Shown here: piece by piece, positions 17,502 to 26,586 of the stretch
Layout of the letters: each line of letters starts with the position of its first letter
Numbering within the stretch: the stretch's first letter is position 1
Source: Deltaproteobacteria bacterium GWB2_55_19
GTDB lineage: Bacteria; Desulfobacterota; GWC2-55-46
NCBI GenBank assembly: GCA_001797465.1
Contig: MGPQ01000014.1
Span: 801 to 64,800 of the forward strand
Direction of reading: 5' to 3'
Length of the DNA stretch: 64,000 nt
Translations under genes and position numbers: made by a program
Notes under the pieces: model-generated
Databases searched by the model: none
What the model was told of the DNA's origin: nothing
The model's input: only the letters and a program-made list of their open reading frames with translations

Positions 17502-18590
17502 CTATATAGCCCCCACTGTGTTTTTGAACATGACCCCGGCTATGTATCCGGCCTCCCCGCTCAAGAGCCCCTCGTACTTAAGCGTTATCATCGGGTCCTT
17601 GTCAGTCCCGTACTCCGGCGCGCCTCCGAGCCTCTTTAAAACCGGGAGGTCGATAAACAACCCGTGGTTATCCCCGGTCCCGGCCTGAGTGCCCGTGTCC
17701 CACTTAAGAAAGAGGTTCGTTGAGTTGTCTCCCGCGGCCCAGTCGTTGAACTCGGAAACGGATGAAAAACCAGATGCCGGGTCCTCCCAGTCTATCGTGA
17801 GCTCCGCTGTCACCTTGAACTGCCCCATCCGGGTCTTGTCAGGGTAATCCACGCCGGCGATCCTTAAAACATCCTTCATCCCGTTTTCGATCTTAACCGT
17901 TATCTTGTCCGGCTTTATGATAGTCGCGGAGCCGAACGAAAATCCGGTAAAGTCAGGCGCGGGGCCTGTCCTCGTTATCGCCCCGGTATAGACGGTGAGG
18001 TTATTGTAGTCGCACCTCAAATTTTCTCCCGCGAATACAGGGTTGCCGACCTCGGCGGAAGGGGCCTCCCTCTTCTGCCCGAACAGCTCGGAGGTAAGCT
18101 TAAGGGGACTGCCCGCCTCCTGAACAAACGAAAGCCCCTTGACCCTGCCTCCGACGAACGGCCAGTTCCTCGTCGATGCTCCCTCGTTTATGTTGAAGTT
18201 GACGGTAAGGGCCTTTGTCCCGAGGTTCGCGTCCGAAAACGGGTCCGCCTCCGGGTACGCCATGTGATAGTACTGCCCCGTCGCCCCGTTCTGCCCGGAG
18301 GTAATCTTCCCGAAGAAGTGCCTTAATATCTTTCCTGTCATCCCCTTTGCCGAGCCTGATTCCGTGTAAAAGGGCATCTCAATGGACGCGCTCCACTTCT
18401 GCCCCATGCGCTCATAAGACGACGCGCCCTTTACCGAATCCTCTCCCCTGAACTCGGTCCGCTTCTTCTCGTCGAACTCGAGCTTCGGGATTGACGGGCT
18501 TAAAACAGGGACAAATCCGATTGTCGCCGCTTCCTTCGTCCCCCTTATCGCCTCTTCCCCTATTGCTACGTATATCTTGTTGTTGGCCAT
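17502..18590 (-). CDS. Major tail (tube) protein
   Basis: 362 aa, strong GAGGAGGGG SD, immediately upstream of the G/GT chaperones. No sheath gene is present, so the tail is siphovirus-like. Confidence 0.6.
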   Translation of the reverse strand: MANNKIYVAIGEEAIRGTKEAATIGFVPVLSPSIPKLEFDEKKRTEFRGEDSVKGASSYERMGQKWSASIEMPFYTESGSAKGMTGKILRHFFGKITSGQNGATGQYYHMAYPEADPFSDANLGTKALTVNFNINEGASTRNWPFVGGRVKGLSFVQEAGSPLKLTSELFGQKREAPSAEVGNPVFAGENLRCDYNNLTVYTGAITRTGPAPDFTGFSFGSATIIKPDKITVKIENGMKDVLRIAGVDYPDKTRMGQFKVTAELTIDWEDPASGFSSVSEFNDWAAGDNSTNLFLKWDTGTQAGTGDNHGLFIDLPVLKRLGGAPEYGTDKDPMITLKYEGLLSGEAGYIAGVMFKNTVGAI

Positions 18591-18605
18591 CTTTTATCCC
18601 CTCCT

Positions 18606-19034
18606 CTAATCCACCCTGTATCTCACAAGGGCCTTAACAACGAGCGAAACGCTCTCTTTGTTGTTCACGACACTCGCCTTCGGAATCCTCACCCTGCTGA
18701 CGGACCTTCCCGCCGCGAGCCCTCCGGCGTTCAAGGCATCGACTGAGAGCGCACCCCTTACGGCGTGAGCCCACCTCTGCTCCTCTCTGACAGCCTCTGC
18801 CGGGTCTCCAGCCCGTATCTCCACCGTTATCCCGAACTCTGCGTCCGAATAACCAGGCCTCTCCCCATGCGTAGGCTCGAAGGTCTCTCCTTCGTAGGAG
18901 ATACTCCCTGCCGGGAGCATGCTTGCCGCCGTCGCCTTGTCCTTGTCAACGGCTCCCACGGTAAATTTGAGCCCCAGGGACTCGAGCGTTGCCCTAATGT
19001 TCTCCGTTATTGCCCTGATGTTTTCGAAGCTCAT
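18606..19034 (-). CDS. Hypothetical head-tail joining / tail terminator-size protein
   Basis: 142 aa. Call rests on position between the connector genes and the tail tube. Confidence 0.5.
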   Translation of the reverse strand: MSFENIRAITENIRATLESLGLKFTVGAVDKDKATAASMLPAGSISYEGETFEPTHGERPGYSDAEFGITVEIRAGDPAEAVREEQRWAHAVRGALSVDALNAGGLAAGRSVSRVRIPKASVVNNKESVSLVVKALVRYRVD

Positions 19035-19918
19035 ACCCGCGCCGTCCTTATGACGCTCATCGCCGAGTCGGTCTCATTCGCGCCTATGTGGCCGTCACCG
19101 GAGGAGTCGTACTTGAAGTTGATGTTCCTGAACGAGTCCTCCGCCTTCTTCTCGTACTCCTTCCACATCTCCTGCCAGAGGGACTCGCTCTCATTTATGA
19201 GCCCCTTGCAGGCTTCGGCTACCGACTGGTATATGTGTACCTCACGGAGGTCATACGGGTCGAGTATCAGGTGCGGCCTCCTGCCGAGCCTCGTTATCCT
19301 CTCTTCAGCCTTCTCAAACGCCCTTTGTATCTCCCTTGAGAACGAACGCGTAAGGAGGTACTTCTCCCCTGTTGCTATGGCTGATGAGAACGCCTCAGCC
19401 GTGACCGTCCCAGTTGACCGCGCGAAGGCCGTCACCTCCCGGGTCTCATCCTTGTCGAAGGAGTACGCAGTCCCGCCGGTAAAGTAATCGTCCTCGTACC
19501 TCTTAAGCTCAGCGTCAACGATCGTCGTTGCGGTCCCGGAGTCCGCCGTCCCCCTCACCCTCCACCCGCGGTCCTTCAACTGCGGGAGTTCGGCGGCGAG
19601 GTCGTCGTCGGTTACGACCTTCACGAGCCTCGTCTTCACGACGTCGTAGAAGAGCGTAGCGTACGAGGTCGCGCCGTTAAGTACATATGTTATGGCGGCC
19701 CTGTAGTTCTCGGCAGGCTCCGAGTTCTGGGATGCGCTTAAGCTATAAGAAAGGAGCCCGTCCGAGGCAATAGACATCGCCTCGTCGTCTGCGAGCCTCA
19801 AGTCTCCGCCCGGCCTGTATACCGTGATCCGGGCGGACGAAGGCACTGCCCGCCTGTTGTTCTCGTATATCCATGTCTTGAACGTATCCAAGGTGTTGAC
19901 TATGAACTGTTGCTTCAT
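19031..19918 (-). CDS. Hypothetical phage structural protein
   Basis: 295 aa, with 4-nt overlaps to both neighbours. Confidence 0.5.
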   Translation of the reverse strand: MKQQFIVNTLDTFKTWIYENNRRAVPSSARITVYRPGGDLRLADDEAMSIASDGLLSYSLSASQNSEPAENYRAAITYVLNGATSYATLFYDVVKTRLVKVVTDDDLAAELPQLKDRGWRVRGTADSGTATTIVDAELKRYEDDYFTGGTAYSFDKDETREVTAFARSTGTVTAEAFSSAIATGEKYLLTRSFSREIQRAFEKAEERITRLGRRPHLILDPYDLREVHIYQSVAEACKGLINESESLWQEMWKEYEKKAEDSFRNINFKYDSSGDGHIGANETDSAMSVIRTARV

Positions 19919-20325
19919 ACGCCTCCGTTCTTCCGTATCAGGACTTTTGCCGTATCCGTACCGGTCTCTACCATCTGCGCCGTCTGGAGTGCGCCTGCTA
20001 TTACGCCTTGACCTGCATCGTCATGGACGCTTCTACCCTCCCCGGTCCTGGGCCCGGCCTTTGACGCCCGAGCGAGCTGAGACCACTTCGATCGCCGCTT
20101 CGGCTCTTCGAACCCGCCTCTTCTCCCGCTCCCCGTGTTGACCCGGCAAACCATGCCTTTTTGAGCGCCCCTGTATACGATACTGTTATCCGCAATCCTT
20201 GACGCCCTGCAAACGCTTACGGCCTTTGCCCATGAATGAACAGGCTTTCCCAGTTCAGAGAGCCAGCCCCAGAACGCCGCGGACTTGCCTCCTTCGTTGT
20301 ACCCCCAATTCCAGACCCCTGTCAT
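19915..20325 (-). CDS. Hypothetical phage protein
   Basis: Start set at MTGVWNWGYNEGG (ATG 20325), which overlaps the upstream stop as ATGA. Composition is Arg/Gly-rich, so the call is weaker. Confidence 0.4.
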   Translation of the reverse strand: MTGVWNWGYNEGGKSAAFWGWLSELGKPVHSWAKAVSVCRASRIADNSIVYRGAQKGMVCRVNTGSGRRGGFEEPKRRSKWSQLARASKAGPRTGEGRSVHDDAGQGVIAGALQTAQMVETGTDTAKVLIRKNGGV

Positions 20326-20588
20326 ACCGCCTTTTCCCTCGTCTTCGAGGCCGGGTCCCATGTCCAGGTATTCAGTACCGTAGCGCTGTCGCTGTCAAAA
20401 AGCCTGACGGTCTCGGTGCCATCGTTGTTGACCGTGATAGAGAGCCTGTTCAAGACCCACTTCTCTAAAAATCCCACCGTCGCCTCCTTCGCCAGCACCG
20501 CCGACCCCTCGATCTCGGAGAGGGTCGCCGCTTTATACCATGTAGGCGCGTCCGCGTCCGGGAAGTATCCATCAGGTATGTACCCCAT
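20322..20588 (-). CDS. Hypothetical phage protein
   Basis: 88-aa ORF tightly packed within the operon. Confidence 0.45.
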   Translation of the reverse strand: MGYIPDGYFPDADAPTWYKAATLSEIEGSAVLAKEATVGFLEKWVLNRLSITVNNDGTETVRLFDSDSATVLNTWTWDPASKTREKAV

Positions 20589-20589
20589 C

Positions 20590-21555
20590 TTACTCTCCGT
20601 CGATAGTAATGCTTGTGCGGTTATTGTTAGTGTCTGTCGTCGCCACTATCCTGTCCTTCAAATCCGCATTATCCCTGAACCTCTTGGTAGTAGTCCCCCC
20701 GCCAGAGGCCTTACCCGCCGCGAATGAGAGGAGCACACGGAGGAGCGACTTAGCCTTGAGCGTCCCTTCCACCACAAAATCCCATATCGCCTGCACCCCG
20801 GCAGAGGAGAGCGCGTACCCGGCCTTGTCGGTTACGGTGACGGCGTTAGCCTGGATGTAGCCGCTACCGTCAAGCGCGGCAGGGATTCTTGACTGGATGT
20901 CATCCGTATCTGACTGCACCCCGGCGATGTCCACGGAGATCGAGGCCCCGGCAGGCGCACCAAGCCGCGCGTAAGCGTCTCCCGTCTGCGGTGTATGCCC
21001 CGTAAGGGTTGTAACCGTCGGTATAACCGCCCCTGTGTGCGTTACCCCAGCCAATGTGACCAGTCCGCTGGTCAGGCTGATTTGCCCCGCGCCCGTGCCA
21101 GACGAGAGCAGTACGCTCGCCCCGATGTCCCTCGCGGTCTGCGCTGTGCCGGAGATATGCGTCACGTTGACGTCGGCCTGCAAGTCTACCTCAAGCTGAC
21201 AATCAGCCATGCCCGTGGCCCCGGCGAGCATTATGATGAGGCTCCCGCCTGTCAGGTTCATCCAGTCGTTGTGCACGTGAATCTCATACAAGCCTTTTGA
21301 CGGGTCCGCGTTGGAGACCTCTTTAAACCTCATATGGGCGTTGGAGGTCGGGGCCGCATACGTCCCGAGCGTGGTTATGTCCTCAAGGGTAATCGAGGCC
21401 GACAGAGTACCCCCGGCGTTAATGTATCGACAGACAAGGGAGGCTGTATTGTAGGCGAGGCCCGTTTTCCCCGCGCCTGTCGTGGAGGTCGAATCCTTTA
21501 TGACGACGTGGAATATCTGAGAGGTCGTGCCTTTTTTTCTTGATAGCTTAGCCAT
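20590..21555 (-). CDS. Hypothetical phage structural protein (Thr/Gly/Ala-rich)
   Basis: 321-aa ORF with coding-like composition. No motif recognised. Confidence 0.5.
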   Translation of the reverse strand: MAKLSRKKGTTSQIFHVVIKDSTSTTGAGKTGLAYNTASLVCRYINAGGTLSASITLEDITTLGTYAAPTSNAHMRFKEVSNADPSKGLYEIHVHNDWMNLTGGSLIIMLAGATGMADCQLEVDLQADVNVTHISGTAQTARDIGASVLLSSGTGAGQISLTSGLVTLAGVTHTGAVIPTVTTLTGHTPQTGDAYARLGAPAGASISVDIAGVQSDTDDIQSRIPAALDGSGYIQANAVTVTDKAGYALSSAGVQAIWDFVVEGTLKAKSLLRVLLSFAAGKASGGGTTTKRFRDNADLKDRIVATTDTNNNRTSITIDGE

Positions 21556-22636
21556 TGATCCCCCCTGTCATTCCATTATGAAGTAAGAGGCCGCCCCCGC
21601 CGCCGCCTACACCGTCGTCGAACTGGTCAAGGACCAGCCCCATCCACGGACGCTTTGTCGTGGTATCTGTCCAGGCCCAGGCGTCTGTCCGGGTCGTCAG
21701 ATGAAAGTTCTGCCCCCCCTCGAAACAGTCCATGATAGCAACCGCATTGACGGTGAAATCGTAGAATGAGTTCGACGTGGTAGTCGTCGGCTTTACGACA
21801 AGACGATAGAATGTGTCCTTGCTCAAGGCTTGCGCCGTTGCGAACTGAAAATAAAACATCCGTGGCCCGGCGTTTACTTTTTGAAAATCTATGGTGTGAG
21901 TCTGCAATACCGTGGTCCCGTCACTGTCGTACAAGACCACATCCGCCGACCCCGTAACCCCGGTAACGCGATAATTCAGCCAGAAACCGGAAAGCCTCGC
22001 CGGAAACGGGATGGAAAATTTAAGCCCCCTCTCATCCGGCGTTGAGGATGAGTTGAAAGCAGTCTCCGTTACCGCACTCACCGGGTAACAGCCGTAGATA
22101 AAGCCATACGAACCGTCGCTGTATTTTATTGAGAATACAGGCCTTGCCGCGATATTTGCCCAGGATGCCGTGTATTGTTTCGATTCAGGGAACCCGCATA
22201 TGTTCCCACTACTTCCACTACTGCCATCCAATGCGGCTATTCGGAGGTTGCCTGCCACATAGGAATTAAACTCGATAACCACAGCGGCGGCATCATCTGC
22301 CGTTGCAGTGCAGTTTGTACCAAGAGCCACGTTGTACCAGGTATTTGCGGCGGGTGTCGCTTGCGTCCCGGCCACCATACCCCCGTATGCCGTCGTGGTT
22401 GGGTTGTTCGAGGTGTCTACCGTGTATAGCCCGATTTTAAGCGTGTCCGCAATCGTTACTGCGCCGGTTCGAAACCCTATCTCGGTTATCGTGCCGCTTT
22501 TGGGGATTTTAAATATAAATGCCACCTTCTCAGCAGCAGCATCTATGAGATACCCTGTAAGGTCATTCGGAGCCCCAATTACAGCCTCAACGTGGTGCGG
22601 TATAGTCAACCCGCCGATTATGGACTGCATTGTCAT
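21548..22636 (-). CDS. Hypothetical phage structural protein with two beta-sandwich-like repeats and a poly-Gly tail
   Basis: 362 aa. Internal repeat pattern: ..ITEIGFRTGAV..LKIGLYTVD.. and ..LSGFWLNYRVTG..VVLYDSDG... Ends GGGGGGLLLHNGMTGGING. Confidence 0.5.
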   Translation of the reverse strand: MTMQSIIGGLTIPHHVEAVIGAPNDLTGYLIDAAAEKVAFIFKIPKSGTITEIGFRTGAVTIADTLKIGLYTVDTSNNPTTTAYGGMVAGTQATPAANTWYNVALGTNCTATADDAAAVVIEFNSYVAGNLRIAALDGSSGSSGNICGFPESKQYTASWANIAARPVFSIKYSDGSYGFIYGCYPVSAVTETAFNSSSTPDERGLKFSIPFPARLSGFWLNYRVTGVTGSADVVLYDSDGTTVLQTHTIDFQKVNAGPRMFYFQFATAQALSKDTFYRLVVKPTTTTSNSFYDFTVNAVAIMDCFEGGQNFHLTTRTDAWAWTDTTTKRPWMGLVLDQFDDGVGGGGGGLLLHNGMTGGING

Positions 22637-22743
22637 ATTTTAAACTCCCTGCCCTTCTGCCCGGCGTATGGGTCGGGCGTATCGGTCAGCCCTGTGAAGG
22701 TGGAAGAACCCGCCCCGTCCCCGGCTATCGGTTCAAGCAACAT
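22633..22743 (-). CDS. 36-aa ORF carrying an FTGLTDTPDPYAGQKG motif (possible detached N-terminus of the next gene)
   Basis: GAGGAAAGGG SD. Its stop overlaps the next ATG (ATATGA). Below the ORF-track size cut-off. Confidence 0.35.
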   Translation of the reverse strand: MLLEPIAGDGAGSSTFTGLTDTPDPYAGQKGREFKI

Positions 22744-22769
22744 TAGAAACCCTTTCCTCGCGTGTAACC

Positions 22770-22928
22770 CTATTTACGGTTATGCCTGTTCTCCGCGTCC
22801 ATCGCGGTCTTCTTAGCCTTTGCCTCTATCTCCCTCGTCTCCTTGTCCGATGGGAGCCTCCCAGTCCTCTTGAGCCGGTCCTTGTATATCCTCTCCACCA
22901 GCTTTTCTACGGCCCTTCTCTCCCTCAT
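22770..22928 (-). CDS. 52-aa basic ORF (MRERRAVEKLVERIYKDRLKRTG...)
   Basis: Its ATG overlaps the stop of the upstream 128-aa gene as ATGA. It fills an otherwise empty gap. Confidence 0.35.
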   Translation of the reverse strand: MRERRAVEKLVERIYKDRLKRTGRLPSDKETREIEAKAKKTAMDAENRHNRK

Positions 22929-23311
22929 CGCTCGCCTCTCATCATCGTTTTCAATGCTGTGCTCAAATACTCCTCAGGCAGGTCCTCTGGGTCTTTAAGG
23001 AACTCCCCTTGAGGGAGTTTATCCCTTAAATTCGAACACCTTCTAAGCACAGCCTCCATCCGCCTTAAAAACGCCTTGTCAATTTTCTTAATCGGCGCCC
23101 ACCCGTCGCAATAATACCTTTTAGCCGCCTCTTTGATGTTATTGACCCTGACGGTCTGCAAGACCTTTCCGCCGCCCGCCTCCTCGATGAACTGCCTGTT
23201 CCACATCCAAAAATCCTGGAGCGGCTCGCCCTGCCAGGCGATGCCGGCGTACCTGTTGACGGCAAGCGGGATGTACCCGCGTTTAATATACGAACCTATG
23301 CTTATAGCCAT
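22925..23311 (-). CDS. Hypothetical phage protein
   Basis: 128-aa ORF downstream of the capsid gene. Confidence 0.5.
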   Translation of the reverse strand: MAISIGSYIKRGYIPLAVNRYAGIAWQGEPLQDFWMWNRQFIEEAGGGKVLQTVRVNNIKEAAKRYYCDGWAPIKKIDKAFLRRMEAVLRRCSNLRDKLPQGEFLKDPEDLPEEYLSTALKTMMRGER

Positions 23312-23375
23312 CTTTATTAGTCTCGTGCCACGGCATAGCCGCGGACTTACCTTGTTTGTAATTATGGTTTAAGGC

Positions 23376-23399
23376 AGGAGGGGCTTTTACGCCCCTCCT
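23376..23399 (-). terminator. Stem-loop immediately after the capsid gene (no U-tract)
   Basis: AGGAGGGGC-6 nt-GCCCCTCCT, 9 nt downstream of the capsid stop. Likely a partial terminator or mRNA stabiliser. Confidence 0.4.
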
Positions 23400-23407
23400 T
23401 TACCGCC

Positions 23408-24271
23408 TTACTCGTGTTTGGTTATTATCTTTACCCCGCCGTTCGCCGCGGTGTTTACGCACCCGTGGCCGTATACGGCGGTTACGATTATCTCGGTCGC
23501 CCTGAGTGAGGCGTCCCTCTGGAACTCGGTCTTTGCGCCTGTTTTCAACACGTACGCGAGCCCCGACTGATTGCCAAGCGGCATCATGACGCCGAGTCTA
23601 TCCGCGTTGGCGTTGACGGACGCACAGTTCGTCGACTGGACGATGTCCACCCCGTAGAGCGTGCCCATCGAGCCTATGTCCCTTGCCGGAGCCGTGGGCC
23701 CGCCCCATACCGCGCCGGTCGTCGCGGCTATGGACGACCTTAAATTGCTCACCTGGTACGGATGGAGCACGGCGACGAACGGCCCCTTGGCGTTCCCCAG
23801 CTCGAGCGAATATATGGCCGAGAGGAAGTTCGCCTCTGTCATGTCCGCGCCCGACGTGCCTACCGAGCCCGTAAGGGTTGCCGCGCTCAACAGGAGGTCC
23901 GAGTCTATCTTGTTCGCGAGCGCCTTTCCAAGCTCGGTCGCGAAGGGCTCAAGGCCGCCGAGCCCCGCTCCGTTCATGAGCATGTCCGTTACCGTAATCA
24001 TGATCCCGGCCTCGTCCGCTACGACTACGGTTGAGGCCGTGTTGACGGCGGTATTCGACATGTCCGTCGCTTCCGTCAGGTCGGAAGCGGACAGGAGCGG
24101 CCACTTCGGGAACTCAACCGAGAGGCTCCCGTCAGCGCTTATGTCCGCGACCCTTACGAGCGGCGGCATCACCGCCTCCGCGTACGCGGCGTCTATTACG
24201 AGCCTTGATACTATTTCCGCGGCTATTAGCTCCCCTGCGGAAGCCGTAGCCGATGTCACTTCATTTGCCAT
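23408..24271 (-). CDS. Major capsid protein (HK97-fold-like, no delta domain)
   Basis: 287 aa with a perfect AGGAGG SD. Follows a scaffold gene. Composition and length are typical of scaffold-dependent HK97-like capsids. Confidence 0.7.
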   Translation of the reverse strand: MANEVTSATASAGELIAAEIVSRLVIDAAYAEAVMPPLVRVADISADGSLSVEFPKWPLLSASDLTEATDMSNTAVNTASTVVVADEAGIMITVTDMLMNGAGLGGLEPFATELGKALANKIDSDLLLSAATLTGSVGTSGADMTEANFLSAIYSLELGNAKGPFVAVLHPYQVSNLRSSIAATTGAVWGGPTAPARDIGSMGTLYGVDIVQSTNCASVNANADRLGVMMPLGNQSGLAYVLKTGAKTEFQRDASLRATEIIVTAVYGHGCVNTAANGGVKIITKHE

Positions 24272-24287
24272 CTGATCCTCCTAAGTT

Positions 24288-24944
24288 TTAAACCGCTGAT
24301 TGGAACTTGCGTCTGCGCGCCTCGAGGAACGGGTTCTTTACGTCCCTGAACCCGTAGCTCTGGCCCGCAGAGCCCTGCACGTTCACCCCGTCTTTCAAGA
24401 GCCTGTCGAGCTCTTCCCTCGGCATGTTCCTCCATGAGAGCGGGTCCGAGAGGTTGTGCCTGCGCTCGCCGTATGAGAACCTCGCGCCCAGGGAGCCAGC
24501 CCCGGCGCCAGCGGCGGGCCTCAGGTGGTGTGGCCTCTCGGAGAGCCAGGCTGAGACGAACTCGTCTACCGACAGCGGCCCTCCCATGCTGTTCACCATG
24601 GCCGCGCCCGAATCGTTGGTCACCGACGCCTCATTGCCTTCGCCGAGCCTTATACGCCTCTTGAGGAGCTCGGCGACCTCCTCGGCGTCAACGACCCCGT
24701 GCCTGGAGATCGACCGCAGGAGCACGGCCGCCTTCCTCTCCTCCCGGAGCCTCTCCACCTCAGTTTTGAGCCTCTCGAACTCCTCCGTTGAGGAACGCTT
24801 CGAGGCCTTCGCGTACGCCTTCCTGTACGCCTCGTCTATGAGTTCCTGGACCTTCGCCTGTTGCTCCGGCTGAAAGCTCACCCTGCCATCGTCTCCCGCG
24901 CTCGAGCCGTCCGTTGAAACCGTTTTAAGTTCGTCAACCTGCAT
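24288..24944 (-). CDS. Scaffolding protein
   Basis: 218 aa, with a highly charged coiled-coil centre (EEFERLKTEVERLREERKAA). Lies between the portal and capsid genes. Confidence 0.65.
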   Translation of the reverse strand: MQVDELKTVSTDGSSAGDDGRVSFQPEQQAKVQELIDEAYRKAYAKASKRSSTEEFERLKTEVERLREERKAAVLLRSISRHGVVDAEEVAELLKRRIRLGEGNEASVTNDSGAAMVNSMGGPLSVDEFVSAWLSERPHHLRPAAGAGAGSLGARFSYGERRHNLSDPLSWRNMPREELDRLLKDGVNVQGSAGQSYGFRDVKNPFLEARRRKFQSAV

Positions 24945-25001
24945 TTTGAATCCCTCCTCCCCCGCGTTTCCCTGCCGCTTTTCGCCCAGGGGTTAGGGCC
25001 C

Positions 25002-25229
25002 TTAAAGATGACGGCAATCCGTCTCGTCTGATAGAAGCGCCTTAATCATCTCCGTATCATTAAGACCCCTTGTCACCTCGCGGCAGATATCGGCCTTCTC
25101 GGTTTTCGTCAGCCTCATCCATTCGCCGGCCCCGATGGCCGCGATGACCGAATTCCTCGCCTCAAACAATACTCGCCGCGTTATCCATTCCGCGGTCTTG
25201 CCGTCTATTGAGCGGACTTCCCCGCTCAT
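25002..25229 (-). CDS. Hypothetical small phage protein
   Basis: 75 aa, with an ATGA overlap to the portal stop. Confidence 0.45.
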   Translation of the reverse strand: MSGEVRSIDGKTAEWITRRVLFEARNSVIAAIGAGEWMRLTKTEKADICREVTRGLNDTEMIKALLSDETDCRHL

Positions 25230-26575
25230 GCCTTCGCTATCTCTTCGCTTATGAGGGACTTCACCCCCTCGTCAAGCTTCGGGAGCACCGCGAACGCTAT
25301 CTTCTTTTGTAGCTCCTTCCTGAACGTCTCAGAGTCCACGCGCGCGGTCTGCGCGCTTATCGCCCTGCCGAGGTCGTTTTCGAGATCGCGCACCGAGAAG
25401 TCGTCCGGGTAGTCTATCGTCCCGTCAAAGGCCCTCCCCTCCCACTTCGCCCAGAGCTCGATGACCCTCGTCTCGGCCTGTTCGAGGTTGTCGGCCTTCT
25501 CGCTCAGGGCCGAGTGGAGCTGTCTCTGTTCGACTTCGAGCGCCGCGCCGGAGCGCGCCTGCGCGGATTCCTCCGTAGCCCTCGCCCCTCCCATCCTCGC
25601 GGTCCTGTATATCTCGGCTATATCGTTCCTCACCCACTCCCTTATCTCGGTCAAGGACGAGTGCGGGGCCTCGAGCCAGTACGGCCTTCCGTTCGGGAGC
25701 TCCGGATCGAACTGCAGTATATTGTGCGGCCCGACCTCCTTGTCCCCGCGGTCGGCCCCTCTCGAATACGGTATCGCGAGCATTGGAAAGGCCGTGTTCT
25801 CGATTATTTCTCTCGCGTCGGAGCAGAGGTAGTAGATGTTCCTGTTGATGTCGGCTATGTCGTTCAGGTCCGATATGCCGATCATCCTTATCCCGGACTG
25901 TTTGTTGTAGAGGTTCACGACCGGCACTTCACCCAGCCCGTGTTCGCCGGCGTCCGCAAGGACGGCCTCGCCGTCGCTCCCCTCCTGCCAGAGCTCCCAA
26001 CCCTGCCTGGTCCATATCCTGCACGCGCCAGGGGCCTCCATTATCTTTATCGTTTCAAGCGCCATCCTGCCCGTCGACGGGTCCCTGCCATACGACCAGT
26101 CGAGGAGGTTCTCCGGTGTGACGAGCGAGATATACGGCCTTACGCCGAAGGCCTCCGCCTCCGCCCTCGTCGTCGCCTTGCCCCTCGGCTTGTCAACGAC
26201 AATCGACACCCTGCCGTAGACGGACGCGAACCGCTGGGCCTCCCTCATGAAGTGCCTGAACGTGTTGCCTTCGAGGTCAGCGTCCTTCAAAAACGCGCGG
26301 AAGAGCGGGTTTGCGCCCAGAGACCCGAACTCACGCCTCGCGTCATTCCTGAAGAGGTGAGAGACGAATGTGTCCACTATCGGGCCGCAATAGTTGTAGA
26401 AGTAGCTCGTTTCCTTCCTCCGCGCGTAATTGGCCTCGCTCTCGAAGGGGTGCTTCAAAAGATAGTTGCCGTCCCTGTACGTCCTCCCCCCGAAGTACGA
26501 GCGTACGTGGAACCTCCACTCGTCGACGAGCGCCTCATAGCTGGGGTGCTTCTTCTCTAACTCCTCTCTCGTCAT
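25226..26575 (-). CDS. Portal protein
   Basis: 449 aa, directly after TerL, GGAG SD. The N-terminal pattern ..YEALVDEWRFHVRSYFGGRTY..ESEANYARRKETSYFYNY.. resembles DUF4055-type portals. Confidence 0.7.
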   Translation of the reverse strand: MTREELEKKHPSYEALVDEWRFHVRSYFGGRTYRDGNYLLKHPFESEANYARRKETSYFYNYCGPIVDTFVSHLFRNDARREFGSLGANPLFRAFLKDADLEGNTFRHFMREAQRFASVYGRVSIVVDKPRGKATTRAEAEAFGVRPYISLVTPENLLDWSYGRDPSTGRMALETIKIMEAPGACRIWTRQGWELWQEGSDGEAVLADAGEHGLGEVPVVNLYNKQSGIRMIGISDLNDIADINRNIYYLCSDAREIIENTAFPMLAIPYSRGADRGDKEVGPHNILQFDPELPNGRPYWLEAPHSSLTEIREWVRNDIAEIYRTARMGGARATEESAQARSGAALEVEQRQLHSALSEKADNLEQAETRVIELWAKWEGRAFDGTIDYPDDFSVRDLENDLGRAISAQTARVDSETFRKELQKKIAFAVLPKLDEGVKSLISEEIAKA

Positions 26576-26586
26576 CTCTTCTCCTG

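Noticed and set aside
25514-26560. Long antisense or off-frame ORFs inside real genes. Examples: 25514..26560(+), 4210..5121(+), 5147..5767(-), 38900..39916(-), 40064..40972(-), 42514..43185(+), 47192..47905(+), 10380..10928(-)
   Set aside because: These are typical GC-rich shadow ORFs. Their composition is extreme in Arg/Pro/Gly/His, they have no motifs, and each is fully overlapped by a gene with strong family signatures.
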